Assembly (NCBI GenBank): GCA_947085985.1
Contig: CAMTYL010000003.1
Span: forward strand, 15,826-79,825
Direction: 5' to 3'
Source: an uncultured bacterium
GTDB lineage: Bacteria > Patescibacteriota > Minisyncoccia > Phycocordibacterales > Phycocordibacteraceae
Length of the DNA: 64,000 nt
Part shown: positions 42,614 through 52,178 of the stretch, piece after piece
How positions within the stretch are numbered: position 1 is the first letter of the stretch
Layout of the letters: every line of letters begins with the position of its first letter
The notes under the pieces: model-generated
Database searches by the model: none
Seen by the model: the letters and a program-made list of their open reading frames with translations, nothing else
What the model was told of the DNA's origin: nothing
Translations under genes and position numbers: made by a program

Positions 42614-43588
42614 ATGGCAAAGAAGAGCGTTCCAAAAAAGACCCTGAACCAGGTACTTATATATCAGGCAAAGAACGGAGCTATTGAGCTACGTGGTGAT
42701 TCTGCGCATGACACTCTTTGGGCTACCCAGGCGCAAATTGCTGAACTCTTCAATATTGAGCGTTCGGTGGCCACGAAGCATATCGGTTCCATTCTGAAGA
42801 CCCGGGAGGTAGATGAGAAAAGCAATGTGCAAAAAATGCACATTGCAAATTCTGATAAACCTGTTGCAGTTTATTCGCTCGATGTGATCCTCTCTGTAGG
42901 TTATCGATCAAACTCCGCTCGAGCTATAGATTTTAGGCGATGGGCTAGCAGAACACTTCGTGAATACCTCGTGAAGGGCTACACCATAAACCGCAAGCAG
43001 ATTGCGAAGAATCGGGAAGCTTTCCTTAAGGACGTCGAGTCTGTCCAGGCGCTTCTTCCCGAGCACATTGCGCTTGATCCGAAGGCAATACTTGAGCTTG
43101 TGAAGGTGTTCTCTAGTACCTGGATGTCACTCGATGCCTACGACAAGGATGCACTCGTTCCCGTTGGAACTTCCAAGAAGGCAATCAAGCTCAGTAGTAC
43201 TGAGTTGAACGCAGCGATAGGTAATCTACGCACCGAACTTCTAAAGAAAGGTGAGGCCACAGAGATATTCGCTCAAGAGCGTGCCACAGGCAATATTGAA
43301 GGAATAGTAGGAAACGTCATGCAGTCGCTTGGCGGGGCTCCGGTGTATCCAACTATTGAGGAGAAGGCTGCGCACCTGCTGTACTTCATGGTGAAGAACC
43401 ATCCGTTTGTGGACGGCAATAAGCGCTCGGGAGCATTCGCCTTTATCTGGTTTCTGCGAAAGACGGGAAGCAGGTCTGTAAAGAATATCAATCCAGCAGC
43501 ACTCACTGCACTCACGCTACTGATAGCCGAAAGCAAGTCAGAGAAAAAAGAGCAAATGACCGCACTCGTTACGCAGGTTCTGAGATAG
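42614..43588 (+). CDS. RhuM-like N-terminal domain fused to a Doc-type Fic domain
   Basis: The N-terminus (LIYQAKNGAIELRGDSAHDTLWATQAQIAELF) resembles RhuM. The C-terminal HPFVDGNKRSGA is the Doc variant (GNKR) of the Fic HxFx(D/E)GNGR motif. Confidence 0.8.
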   Translation: MAKKSVPKKTLNQVLIYQAKNGAIELRGDSAHDTLWATQAQIAELFNIERSVATKHIGSILKTREVDEKSNVQKMHIANSDKPVAVYSLDVILSVGYRSNSARAIDFRRWASRTLREYLVKGYTINRKQIAKNREAFLKDVESVQALLPEHIALDPKAILELVKVFSSTWMSLDAYDKDALVPVGTSKKAIKLSSTELNAAIGNLRTELLKKGEATEIFAQERATGNIEGIVGNVMQSLGGAPVYPTIEEKAAHLLYFMVKNHPFVDGNKRSGAFAFIWFLRKTGSRSVKNINPAALTALTLLIAESKSEKKEQMTALVTQVLR

Positions 43589-43661
43589 CGCACAGAGCAA
43601 TATGCCGAAAAACCGCCAGCGCTGCCTAGGGCGACTTTGCAGGACTCCTTTCAAAACCCGT

Positions 43662-43700
43662 TATATAAAAGAAAGTGGCGGCCCGGGGAGGCCGCCACTG
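43662..43700. terminator. hairpin agtggcggcc-cgggga-ggccgccact with a T-rich flank on the minus strand
   Basis: 10-bp perfect stem between convergent genes. Confidence 0.5.
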
Positions 43701-43725
43701 CATTCGTTTGTAGAGCCGACTGGCT

Positions 43726-44013
43726 CTACTCCTTTACGCCCCTCAGGATGTCGAGGCCGATTTCGAGCTTGTGGACGACGTATCCACGTTTGTTCTTGTC
43801 GCCTTCGAGGTTGTGAGCGACCGACCGCATGATGTTCTCGAGCGCGTAGCGATCGGGAGCGGCGGCGCCTGAAGAGGGCAGTGCGAGCGTCATCTGAAGC
43901 GCGTGCGCCATAGCCGCGAGCCGCAGGCGGAGCTCTTCCGGAGGTCCGTCCTCGAGTTCGCGAACATAGCGATCACGACGATCAAGAAAAGCGCGCGTAG
44001 CGAATACCGACAT
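43726..44013 (-). CDS. hypothetical protein (95 aa)
   Basis: ORF with a terminator downstream. GC-rich. No recognisable motif. Confidence 0.4.
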   Translation of the reverse strand: MSVFATRAFLDRRDRYVRELEDGPPEELRLRLAAMAHALQMTLALPSSGAAAPDRYALENIMRSVAHNLEGDKNKRGYVVHKLEIGLDILRGVKE

Positions 44014-44070
44014 CTCTGTCTCCTTGTTGGAACTGGTTCACAAACACAATAACACTTATCTATACAAAAG

Positions 44071-44526
44071 TCAAGTAGTGATCTCCTCGAAATGCTCAGA
44101 AGCGACTGGAGTAATAGAAAGACGAGAGCCGGGCTGGAGAATGACCATGCTTTTCAGTTTTGGATTTGCGCGAATGTCGGTGAGGGTGACGGGCTCCTTC
44201 AACTTCTTAACAAAAGCGATATCTACCAAATACCAGACCGGTTTCTCTTTTGTGGCGCGAGGCTCGTAGTAGTCGGAGGTTGCATCAAATTGAGTTGGGT
44301 CAGGGTAGGGAGCTGAAGCGACTTTGGCGATGCCGTATACGCCCGGTACTTTGCAGCTGGAGTGGTAGAAAAGCACCTGGTCGCCAACCCGCATTTCGTC
44401 GCGCATGTAGTTGCGGGCCAAGAAATTGCGCACGCCAGTCCAGGCGGTTTTCTTGTCCGCCTTGAAATGGTCTATCCCGTATGTCTCGGGCTCCGACTTC
44501 ATAAGCCAGTACTTTTTCTCTTTCAT
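44071..44526 (-). CDS. EVE (PUA-like) domain protein
   Basis: YWLMKSEP...VRNFLARNYMRDEMRVGDQVLFYHS is the typical EVE/DUF55 core. Confidence 0.8.
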   Translation of the reverse strand: MKEKKYWLMKSEPETYGIDHFKADKKTAWTGVRNFLARNYMRDEMRVGDQVLFYHSSCKVPGVYGIAKVASAPYPDPTQFDATSDYYEPRATKEKPVWYLVDIAFVKKLKEPVTLTDIRANPKLKSMVILQPGSRLSITPVASEHFEEITT

Positions 44527-44620
44527 GTTTCTATACTAGCGCGTCAGTACTGCATAGACACAACTAACTATGTATGGTTTAGTACGTGCGGAAGTTTAAT
44601 CCCCATGCAAGGAGACGCTC

Positions 44621-45013
44621 GTGAGGGAAAACCTAATCAACATCAACTGGACGGCCGCTCCGCTCTCCGGGGAGCAACGGATGGTCATCCACCAGCTCGC
44701 GGTTATCTTCCTGAAAACGAGGGGAGAGCGGGACTGGATCGACTTCACCCATATGCTGGTGGAAGGACGACTGCATAAGGGACGCCGAGGTTCACTCGGC
44801 ACCTATTCGGGAACCTTCTTCACCGCTGAGATGGGCTACGTTCGGGGAATTCCCTGGACCCTCCATTTCCTTCTTCCGAACAGTGCTGTGAACGCGCAAC
44901 TTCGGGAAGGCGACACCTACCTCAGCGCTATCTGGCACTCTGATGGACGAATGGAGTTCACGCAGATTGATCCTGACAGTTGCAAGGCCACCGAGGCTTC
45001 GCTCCTGAGCTGA
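44621..45013 (+). CDS. hypothetical protein (130 aa), GTG start
   Basis: AAGGAG lies 7 nt upstream of the GTG. A strong terminator follows immediately. Confidence 0.5.
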   Translation: MRENLININWTAAPLSGEQRMVIHQLAVIFLKTRGERDWIDFTHMLVEGRLHKGRRGSLGTYSGTFFTAEMGYVRGIPWTLHFLLPNSAVNAQLREGDTYLSAIWHSDGRMEFTQIDPDSCKATEASLLS

Positions 45014-45060
45014 AGACCCCGACCCCGATGCTGCACGCAGCATCGGGGTCTTGTCTATTT
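45014..45060 (+). terminator. terminator: gaccccgatgctg-cacg-cagcatcggggtc followed by ttgtctatttc
   Basis: 13-bp perfect stem plus T-rich tract. Confidence 0.65.
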
Positions 45061-45071
45061 CGTCCTGTCTC

Positions 45072-45917
45072 CTATCTAGGTCTGTGGAGATTTATATACT
45101 CCAGCCGCTCTCTAATGAGTGAGATACAAAGCTCCCTTTGCTGAGGAACCGAAACTTTCTGGCAAGCAGAAGCATCTAATCCTGCAACGGCTCTATTACT
45201 CAAAATAAATGCCACGCAACTAGACCGCAATTCTTTACTTAGAATCGGGGCACAAGTATCCGTAGATGCGTTCCGAATGCTGTAATTAAACAAACACTTG
45301 TCCCGCTCGGCTAGGAAATATGCGGCACTACAATCTTCAGTAGATCTTGGGCTGGCCCGCAAACCCTGCAAATCCTTATCCTGTAAATCGTACAGACGAG
45401 CGTAATGATTAATAAGCCCTACGGCCAGGCACAAGGAGAACATCAGTATGACTATTAAATACTCTCGTCCCTTAAACAATGACCACGATATCAGAACCAA
45501 AAATCCCAGAACCCATAGGGAGATAACGAGACGGATGCCCAGTGGCAATACGTTCGAACAGCTGTACATAAAACAAAACTCTATAAAATAGCTTGCTATG
45601 AGCACGACAGCAGAGACGGGTATTACGAGTGCGAGAAACCAAATGAATCGGCGTCGGTTCTGGCTCGTCGTTAGAAGGATGAGTAGGGCAAGGATAAGCG
45701 ACGTCCCAGACAGAAGAAACTTAGCCAAGTAAACCAGCTTCCCATCCACTATTGTGCAAATGATATGAGGTTCGGAATAAAAGAAACTACCACACAATCT
45801 GTATACAATGCTGCTCTCAAAGCTATAAACCAAGACGGAGAGAAGAAAGAATAAAAGGGCCGCAATTGCTGCAGCATGTGAAAGTAGTGTAGTGAATCTT
45901 TTGCTTATTTTTTTCAT
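45072..45917 (-). CDS. AT-rich polytopic membrane protein with a Cys-rich C-terminal soluble domain, hypothetical
   Basis: About six hydrophobic helices, then ...CSAAYF...C...C...C... Confidence 0.5.
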   Translation of the reverse strand: MKKISKRFTTLLSHAAAIAALLFFLLSVLVYSFESSIVYRLCGSFFYSEPHIICTIVDGKLVYLAKFLLSGTSLILALLILLTTSQNRRRFIWFLALVIPVSAVVLIASYFIEFCFMYSCSNVLPLGIRLVISLWVLGFLVLISWSLFKGREYLIVILMFSLCLAVGLINHYARLYDLQDKDLQGLRASPRSTEDCSAAYFLAERDKCLFNYSIRNASTDTCAPILSKELRSSCVAFILSNRAVAGLDASACQKVSVPQQRELCISLIRERLEYINLHRPR

Positions 45918-45950
45918 CCGATCGCAGAAGAGTTCCTCTCTTCTAGGGCA

Positions 45951-46418
45951 TCAACGAGCTTCACGTTTTCTTCTTGAGATAATTATTAGTCCAATAATAG
46001 AAAACAGAATCCCCAGCACAGTACTGGCGCTTCCTTTTGTTAATTCTAGAAATGGAAGATACGAGTTACTATTTTTTGGCGCATAAACAATAACTAGAAT
46101 CGATAGAGGAATCCACCACCTTGCAAAGCGCATCAGAGTCTTGAAACCCCTTTCTCCTGCAAATAAAAGACCAATTCCAAGAGGAATGGAATATAGCGAG
46201 AAGAGTAAGATTGGGTTCAGCAGAGAAATAGAATACGGGGAAAGGGGCTCATAGAACTCACAGGACCGGTCTATCCCGCAAAGCCCTAATGTCCACGTAA
46301 CTGCTTGTAACCCAAGCAAGAGCACAAGCGTCCAGGAATACTTTAGTGTGAATTTCATAGCATCAGTGAGCGAATAGGAAGCTACCAATTCGTATAATGA
46401 AATGATACACCCCAGCAA
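45951..46418 (-). CDS. AT-rich membrane protein, hypothetical
   Basis: Multiple hydrophobic helices. Overlaps the 3' end of the lipase gene by ~56 nt. Confidence 0.4.
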   Translation of the reverse strand: MLGCIISLYELVASYSLTDAMKFTLKYSWTLVLLLGLQAVTWTLGLCGIDRSCEFYEPLSPYSISLLNPILLFSLYSIPLGIGLLFAGERGFKTLMRFARWWIPLSILVIVYAPKNSNSYLPFLELTKGSASTVLGILFSIIGLIIISRRKREAR

Positions 46419-49233
46419 GCAAAGAAATAAAGATATACTTTACTTCGTAAAAAGTTAAGAGCGGAGAGGCGAGCTGAGACTTGTTTCCTTTCTGATTTTC
46501 ATCTGTGGCTCGAGTAGCCACAACAGGTGCCCCTTGAGTTGCTTCTGCTGTCTGAGCAATCTTCTTGGTTAGTTGCGGTGCACTTAGTATGCCGGGTAAG
46601 CCAAGTAGGGGTACAGCATTAACACCAATGGTCTCAGTAATAGGAGGTGGAAGCGTCCTGCTTCTGCTACTTCCTCCTGAGCTTGTGGCTACCGTAACAG
46701 CCTTGACGGGCGTTTGATAAAAACTAATAGAATTCTGCGAGACTGGCAGTACAAAATCAGCGGCCCCGTTTCCATCCGAATCCACGGAAAGGCTCGAGGC
46801 GGTTGCGAGAGATTCACCGATAGTGATTCTAGCAATGGTGCCCGCTTGTGTTGGGACGCCAGCAAGAGTGGTGCTGGCTACGATTGACCCACCAAAAACT
46901 TCCTGAATATCGAGCGAGAATGTTCCGGTAGAAACGCCGTTCATTTCTACCCTGTATTCTGGCCCAGCAGGAACGATCACGTACTGCACCTCCCCAAACT
47001 GCCCGTACACAGAGCCGGGAATGGTTTGCTCAGAACCTCCACTCGCTGTTGGTCCTGTATGGTTTCCTGAAGTGTCATACAGATTCAGAGTGAGGGGTGA
47101 GTGGAGCATGAACCGCAAAAGTTTATTTGGAGTACTGCTCGTGGGTTGCTCAGTGTATACATTCTTGGGTACGTTAGAATCCCCGCCGAGTATGGCTTCA
47201 AGAAGATCTTGCAATTCTTTTACAGCAAGGATGCTTCCGTGGTCCTTATTAATCGGGCCAAATTCATAAGGAATTAAGTCCAACCAGTATTTCCGTACAT
47301 TTTCAGTGGAAGTGCTAATCATGAGGGCACTTGCAATTGGAACCACCCCATCACCATCCTGAACAAACGTGGGACGGTACTCTTTCTTGCATACTGAAAG
47401 AATGCATAGTTCATAGAATTCAATCCCAGAGACCGTGTCTAAACCCCACCCTCCCACTTGGTACAGCGTAACTCCTGCAGGAGGTACCCACGCATCAAGA
47501 GAGTCATGCGTTCTTTTTGCGTACGTAAGCAAAAGGTCGTTCAGAACATTTGGTTTAAAAAACAACACAGCTTCAGGCTTAACGCGCCCATTGTCTTCAG
47601 CGAGTGAAAACGCACGAAGCTCGTCCCATGTGTCTATTACATTGCCGTACTTAGCACGCTCCTCCGCATATGTGCTCGCTGCAGTAAATCGGACAACAGC
47701 GCGTTCCTGGTCAAGAAGGTCATCGAAGTATCGCTGCGAGGGTAGTAGGTGGTATCCCATGGGGGAGTTCTCGGCGAACATGCGAGCAGTCGAAACATGA
47801 ACAACAAATGGGAACCAGGAGGGGAGCGACTCTTTGTACCCAAATAGGAGTGCTCCCAATGCCTGAGGCGCGCCGCTCTGCGGAACGCCGACAAATATCA
47901 CCTTATCAATGAGTCTGGCAGTTTCCGCATCTCCAAGCTTCATTAGTAGCTTCTTTGCTACGAGTCCGCCGTTGCTGTGTGCAATTATAGTGACCTTATG
48001 TGTTGGCGAGCTTGACGCAAGTTCGAGCAAATTCAGTTCAAGGTAGGGAACATTCGCCGTTTCCTCAAAGTAAATGTTTCCCTCTCGCACTGCTCCTTTG
48101 TTGACGATATCGTCGAGTGAGAGACGCCAGTCATATGATGCAATACGCCATTCTTTTATCATCTCGGTAGACTGAAGCTCGTTCATTGAGCGTATAAAGG
48201 AACCATAGATTTCAGAGAAACCGGCGATCCTTTCTATGATGTCTCCTGACTTTGTGTGTATGCCAGGATTGGCACTCACTCCTGCAGAAGTAAGAAAGAG
48301 TTTCTCCACATCTTGGTCACTTCCAGGCTCCCATACTTTATTACCGACGGCGTCGTACAACCGGCTGCCTTTGATACCGGGGAGGAAGAGGACGTTGGAG
48401 ACTTGCGGCGTAGTGGTCGCAACACCGGGGGTTGTTGTTGCGGTGGTGGTAGCAAACCCGCCCGAGCAACCATCAACGCCACAAAGCTGGAATGCGAATC
48501 CGCCAGGAAGTGGATTTTCGTACGTACCTGTGAGCGACGTGCCAGGGTTGTTGCTTGAGCCCGCGACACTCATGTAGTTTGCGCCTAGGAATACCGCACC
48601 AAGGGCCGTTCCGGGTGGAATACCTTCGCCGTAGAAAACGAAGTCGCAATACTCACCAACGGTGCGCGTTGCGTACGGATTCGTATCGAAACTTGAAGCG
48701 AAGTCAGGTGTAAAAACAGAAAGGCCATATGTTCCGCCCCAACTAAGATTGCTACATGTTGTGTCAGCTCCTGCACGCTTTACTCGAGCAACGGTAGTGG
48801 TGCCAGTGGTAGTCCAGAATCCCTCAGGCGAAACGGTTGGCGGGTTACCAATCTCTGTGTAGCCACCTGGAAAGTATGCATAGTTTCCAGGTGGGTAATA
48901 GACACCAATGCCCCAAACTTCGTCCGCGAGCGAATTATCAAACAGCACGCCCGTAGGAAGTAGTGCTGGCTCATCTGAACTTAAACGTACTACTGGCTCC
49001 TCTGGAGTGCTGGTAGCGACGGTTTCTGCGGGAAGGAGAGCCTCTGACGAGCTACTCGCCAGAGGCTCGTCTGCTGGAGCTGGTTCCTCGGGCGTCGTAG
49101 TCTCTTCGTTAATACCTTCAAGTGCTGCGATAGCGTTCTCGTAAGCGTACGAGTAGGGGATAGAAAGGGGCGCGTAAAAGACGCCCGCGATAAGGAGGGT
49201 GGAAGTAAGTGCCCTCAGCACCTTCGTCCCCAT
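46363..49233 (-). CDS. secreted LCAT/PGAP1-like alpha/beta-hydrolase (lipase/acyltransferase), ~957 aa with Thr-rich linkers and extra C-terminal domains
   Basis: Signal peptide MGTKVLRALTSTLLIAGVFYAPLSIPYSYA. ASYDWRLS (LCAT family YDWR motif). Nucleophile elbow IIAHSNGG. TGGTATCCT lies 8 nt upstream of the ATG at 49233. Confidence 0.7.
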   Translation of the reverse strand: MGTKVLRALTSTLLIAGVFYAPLSIPYSYAYENAIAALEGINEETTTPEEPAPADEPLASSSSEALLPAETVATSTPEEPVVRLSSDEPALLPTGVLFDNSLADEVWGIGVYYPPGNYAYFPGGYTEIGNPPTVSPEGFWTTTGTTTVARVKRAGADTTCSNLSWGGTYGLSVFTPDFASSFDTNPYATRTVGEYCDFVFYGEGIPPGTALGAVFLGANYMSVAGSSNNPGTSLTGTYENPLPGGFAFQLCGVDGCSGGFATTTATTTPGVATTTPQVSNVLFLPGIKGSRLYDAVGNKVWEPGSDQDVEKLFLTSAGVSANPGIHTKSGDIIERIAGFSEIYGSFIRSMNELQSTEMIKEWRIASYDWRLSLDDIVNKGAVREGNIYFEETANVPYLELNLLELASSSPTHKVTIIAHSNGGLVAKKLLMKLGDAETARLIDKVIFVGVPQSGAPQALGALLFGYKESLPSWFPFVVHVSTARMFAENSPMGYHLLPSQRYFDDLLDQERAVVRFTAASTYAEERAKYGNVIDTWDELRAFSLAEDNGRVKPEAVLFFKPNVLNDLLLTYAKRTHDSLDAWVPPAGVTLYQVGGWGLDTVSGIEFYELCILSVCKKEYRPTFVQDGDGVVPIASALMISTSTENVRKYWLDLIPYEFGPINKDHGSILAVKELQDLLEAILGGDSNVPKNVYTEQPTSSTPNKLLRFMLHSPLTLNLYDTSGNHTGPTASGGSEQTIPGSVYGQFGEVQYVIVPAGPEYRVEMNGVSTGTFSLDIQEVFGGSIVASTTLAGVPTQAGTIARITIGESLATASSLSVDSDGNGAADFVLPVSQNSISFYQTPVKAVTVATSSGGSSRSRTLPPPITETIGVNAVPLLGLPGILSAPQLTKKIAQTAEATQGAPVVATRATDENQKGNKSQLASPLLTFYEVKYIFISLLAGVYHFIIRIGSFLFAH

Positions 49234-49276
49234 ATGCCCGCAGGATACCACACAATTCTGTGGCTATAATGCTAGT

Positions 49277-49546
49277 ATGGAAGAACACATCGGGGAGACT
49301 ATTGAGCGAATGCTGGACCGCAACGCGCGGGTGGAGGCGGATAAAGCCTGGGAGCAAAGCTACACCCGCATCGGCACTATCGCACTTATCACGTACGCTT
49401 CTGTGGCGCTCGTGCTCTATATCATCGGGGTGGAGAACTGGTATATTTCTGCGCTCGTGCCCGTCATTGGCTACCTACTTTCTACACTCTCGCTCCCATT
49501 TATTAAGAGCTGGTGGATTGCGAAGTATCGCGCGAAGGGCGACTAA
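49277..49546 (+). CDS. small 2-TM membrane protein (89 aa), leaderless
   Basis: TGGCTATAAT ends 6 nt before the ATG at 49277. It is divergent from the lipase gene. Confidence 0.45.
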   Translation: MEEHIGETIERMLDRNARVEADKAWEQSYTRIGTIALITYASVALVLYIIGVENWYISALVPVIGYLLSTLSLPFIKSWWIAKYRAKGD

Positions 49547-50589
49547 GCTTCCGCTGTCTTTTTATTGCTGTATACGGTGAATACCGCAAAAAGGAAACTG
49601 ATGGTGAGTGGTCCTAGGAATATTCCTACGGGACCATAGAGCGCAATTCCGCCAAGTACAGAGAGCAAAATAACGAGCGGGTGCAGCATGGCGCCTTTGC
49701 CCATAAGGCGGGGGGCTAGGAAGTTATCAATGAGCCCCACGAGGAACACACTCCAGAGAAGCATGCCAACGGCCTGCCAGAGACTGCCAGTAATGAAGAG
49801 GTATATGATTGCAGGACCAAGTACGAGGGAGGTTCCCACGCCTGGAATGAGTGCCGCCACCGCGGTGCTGACTCCCCAGAGTGCTGCGTTTGGTACGCCA
49901 AAGATAAGGAAGCCGACGCCCGCAAGCGCTCCTTGGATACACGCAATAGCGAGGGAACCCTTTACTACCGACGAAATGGTGCGCTTCAGTTGATTCAAAA
50001 TAGTTGCAGCGTCGTCATCATGGAGCGGACTCTTCTTGATAAGAACCTTCTCTAACTTCATGCCTTCCTTTAGGAAGTAGTACAGCGCCATCATAAAGAT
50101 AAGCACGCGAAGGAATATGCCCAGTACGCTTGCGAACGCCGTTCCCACGTGACTCACGAGCCACTCAAGCGCTCCGGTGACATACACATTTATCTCCTGC
50201 GATATGGTGAACGCGTATGCAGCGGCGCCAGGCACATAGGGCTCTAGCCATGCGCCAATGCTCACCGTCACCTGTTCTGCAGACGTACTACCAGTCCCAC
50301 TTGCAAGCGACTGGTATGCTTGGCCTGCCTCGTTTACTACCATGGTGCCAATGACACTAACGGGAACAAGAAGCATCAAGGAGCCGAGAATGAGTGCAGT
50401 GAACGCGGCAAGGCCGTCACTGTTAAATAGAGGCTTCTGCAGCCTTTTGAACAATGGGTACAGAACCACCGCGAAAATGGCAGCAAGTGCGATAGTGTTT
50501 AGAAATGGCGCCATCACCATAAACGACAGCACGAGTCCCCCAATAAGAAGGGCGAGCAAGAAATGAGCGCGATCTTTTGACGTTTCCAT
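49543..50589 (-). CDS. AI-2E family transporter (PerM/YdiK-like)
   Basis: 8-TM profile with typical AI-2E segments. Start placed at METSKDRAHF (50589) to avoid overlapping the divergent gene. Confidence 0.8.
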   Translation of the reverse strand: METSKDRAHFLLALLIGGLVLSFMVMAPFLNTIALAAIFAVVLYPLFKRLQKPLFNSDGLAAFTALILGSLMLLVPVSVIGTMVVNEAGQAYQSLASGTGSTSAEQVTVSIGAWLEPYVPGAAAYAFTISQEINVYVTGALEWLVSHVGTAFASVLGIFLRVLIFMMALYYFLKEGMKLEKVLIKKSPLHDDDAATILNQLKRTISSVVKGSLAIACIQGALAGVGFLIFGVPNAALWGVSTAVAALIPGVGTSLVLGPAIIYLFITGSLWQAVGMLLWSVFLVGLIDNFLAPRLMGKGAMLHPLVILLSVLGGIALYGPVGIFLGPLTISFLFAVFTVYSNKKTAEA

Positions 50590-50646
50590 ATGCCCACAGT
50601 ATACGCGCTTTCTTCTGCTGTGGGGAATAGCGTAGAGTAGGAGAAC

Positions 50647-51201
50647 ATGCCCGAGTACGAGCTTAGAGAATCCTCCCGTGCCAAGTACGTGCGCATACAG
50701 GTGGACGCGAATGGGGAGGTAGTGGTGACCAAGCCAAAGCGTGCGAGCATGCGCTCCGTGGAGCAATTTGTACAGGCGCGAGCCGCGTGGATAGAAGAGG
50801 CGAAGCGAAAGGCGAGTAAGCGCCGAGGTGGTCTGCCCCTCATTCCGCTACCTCGCCCACGCAAGGGCTCGCGCGCGTATACGGAAGCGCGCCGGCAAGC
50901 GCGCGAGGTTGTACTCTCACGTCTTGAATTTTTTAATAAAGAATTTACTACCATATATGGTAGTGTTTCCATCCGTGATCAAAAGACGAGGTGGGGAAGT
51001 TGCTCGCACAGGAACAACCTCTCTTTCAATTACCGCATCGCGTTCCTCCCCAACGAGCTTGCCGACTACATAATCGTGCACGAGCTCTGCCACACTATTG
51101 AACACAATCATTCGCCGCGCTTCTGGGCACAAGTAGCGCGAGCACTCCCAAATCACGAAGCACTTCGAAAAGAAATCCGAACGCGGTACCAGCTTGGCTA
51201 A
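50647..51201 (+). CDS. DUF45/YgjP-like (WLM/SprT-type) metal-dependent hydrolase
   Basis: DQKTRWGSCS and the IIVHELCHTIEHNHSPRFW HExxH motif. Confidence 0.8.
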   Translation: MPEYELRESSRAKYVRIQVDANGEVVVTKPKRASMRSVEQFVQARAAWIEEAKRKASKRRGGLPLIPLPRPRKGSRAYTEARRQAREVVLSRLEFFNKEFTTIYGSVSIRDQKTRWGSCSHRNNLSFNYRIAFLPNELADYIIVHELCHTIEHNHSPRFWAQVARALPNHEALRKEIRTRYQLG

Positions 51202-51470
51202 CAATGAAACATAGCGATGCATCGCGTGCTTTGAATTCAAAAATGTGACTACGTTAGACAATTTTTCTTTTTACGATATAGTTGCCCGAGCTGTTCTTGG
51301 CCCATATCGGGTCGTCATTATGGGGGACTACCATGCTGCACGCTCAAGCAGTTGCTACGCTTCCTCGCCTTATTCCGCCGCTTGATGGAAAGGTGGTGGA
51401 GATGAAGGTTGGGCTTCAAGCCTTCGGGTAGTGGGGCTCTTCTATCAAGGCGGGGGCACCAAACACTGCG

Positions 51471-51851
51471 GTGGAGAGCAGGGTCTGGGGAATTGGCCAT
51501 CAATTTGTCGCTCCTCAGCCCAGTGTTCGGACCCGGCACTTCGTTCTCATGTGGGCGGGGCCGAATTCCAAGAACTCCGCGCATGATGGCATTGCGTGGG
51601 GAGATCTGTTCGGTCTTGCGCGGGTTGGCGCATATGACTTGCTCGCTTTGTCGGCGGTGTTCCCACGCCTCTACACACGCTTTGGTCTGCACGGGGCGGG
51701 GCTCGTTTCCAGCGAGCTTTACACGCTGGAGGACGAGCCGCACGTGTGCGGGCTGTGGCAATCAGCTCGAGAGGGAAACCGATTCGTGAGCGCTATCCAA
51801 TACCAAAAGCGCTTCTTGGACAGGACCATCTTTGTGTTCGCTCGGGAGTAA
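51471..51851 (+). CDS. hypothetical protein, GTG start, uncertain
   Basis: ORF ends 10 nt before a strong bidirectional terminator. GC-rich. No motif recognised. Confidence 0.25.
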   Translation: MESRVWGIGHQFVAPQPSVRTRHFVLMWAGPNSKNSAHDGIAWGDLFGLARVGAYDLLALSAVFPRLYTRFGLHGAGLVSSELYTLEDEPHVCGLWQSAREGNRFVSAIQYQKRFLDRTIFVFARE

Positions 51852-51860
51852 ATCAAGAAA

Positions 51861-51896
51861 TGGGCCCGGCCGCGTTTACGCGCGCCGGGCCCATCT
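51861..51896. terminator. bidirectional terminator: tgggcccggc-cgcgtttacgcgcg-gccgggccca
   Basis: 10-bp perfect stem flanked by an A-run and a T-run, between convergent genes. Confidence 0.6.
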
Positions 51897-51905
51897 TTCA
51901 TGCCA

Positions 51906-52139
51906 CTACGCTTTCTTTACAAATTCAGTACGCAGCACCAGGCCACGGATTCCTTCTACCTGTGCTTCAATCTCTTCGGGATTGTCGGTAAGGCGAATGT
52001 TCTTTGCCTTGCTGCCTTTCTTCAGCGTCGCTCCCGCGCCCTTCACCTTTAGGTCCTTAATTAAAATAACCTCGTCACCGTTTTCAAGCTCGTGCCCAAA
52101 AGCGTCGCGGGTTGGCTCCTCTATTTCTATATCTTCCAT
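51906..52139 (-). CDS. PhnA-like protein, 77 aa corresponding to the C-terminal PhnA domain
   Basis: GDEVILIKDLKVKGAGATLKKGSKAKNIRL...EFVKKA matches the PhnA C-terminal domain. The longer track ORF upstream is non-coding-like. Confidence 0.5.
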   Translation of the reverse strand: MEDIEIEEPTRDAFGHELENGDEVILIKDLKVKGAGATLKKGSKAKNIRLTDNPEEIEAQVEGIRGLVLRTEFVKKA

Positions 52140-52178
52140 ATGTGCGCAGTATAACCCTAAATCGGGTAAACTATAGGC

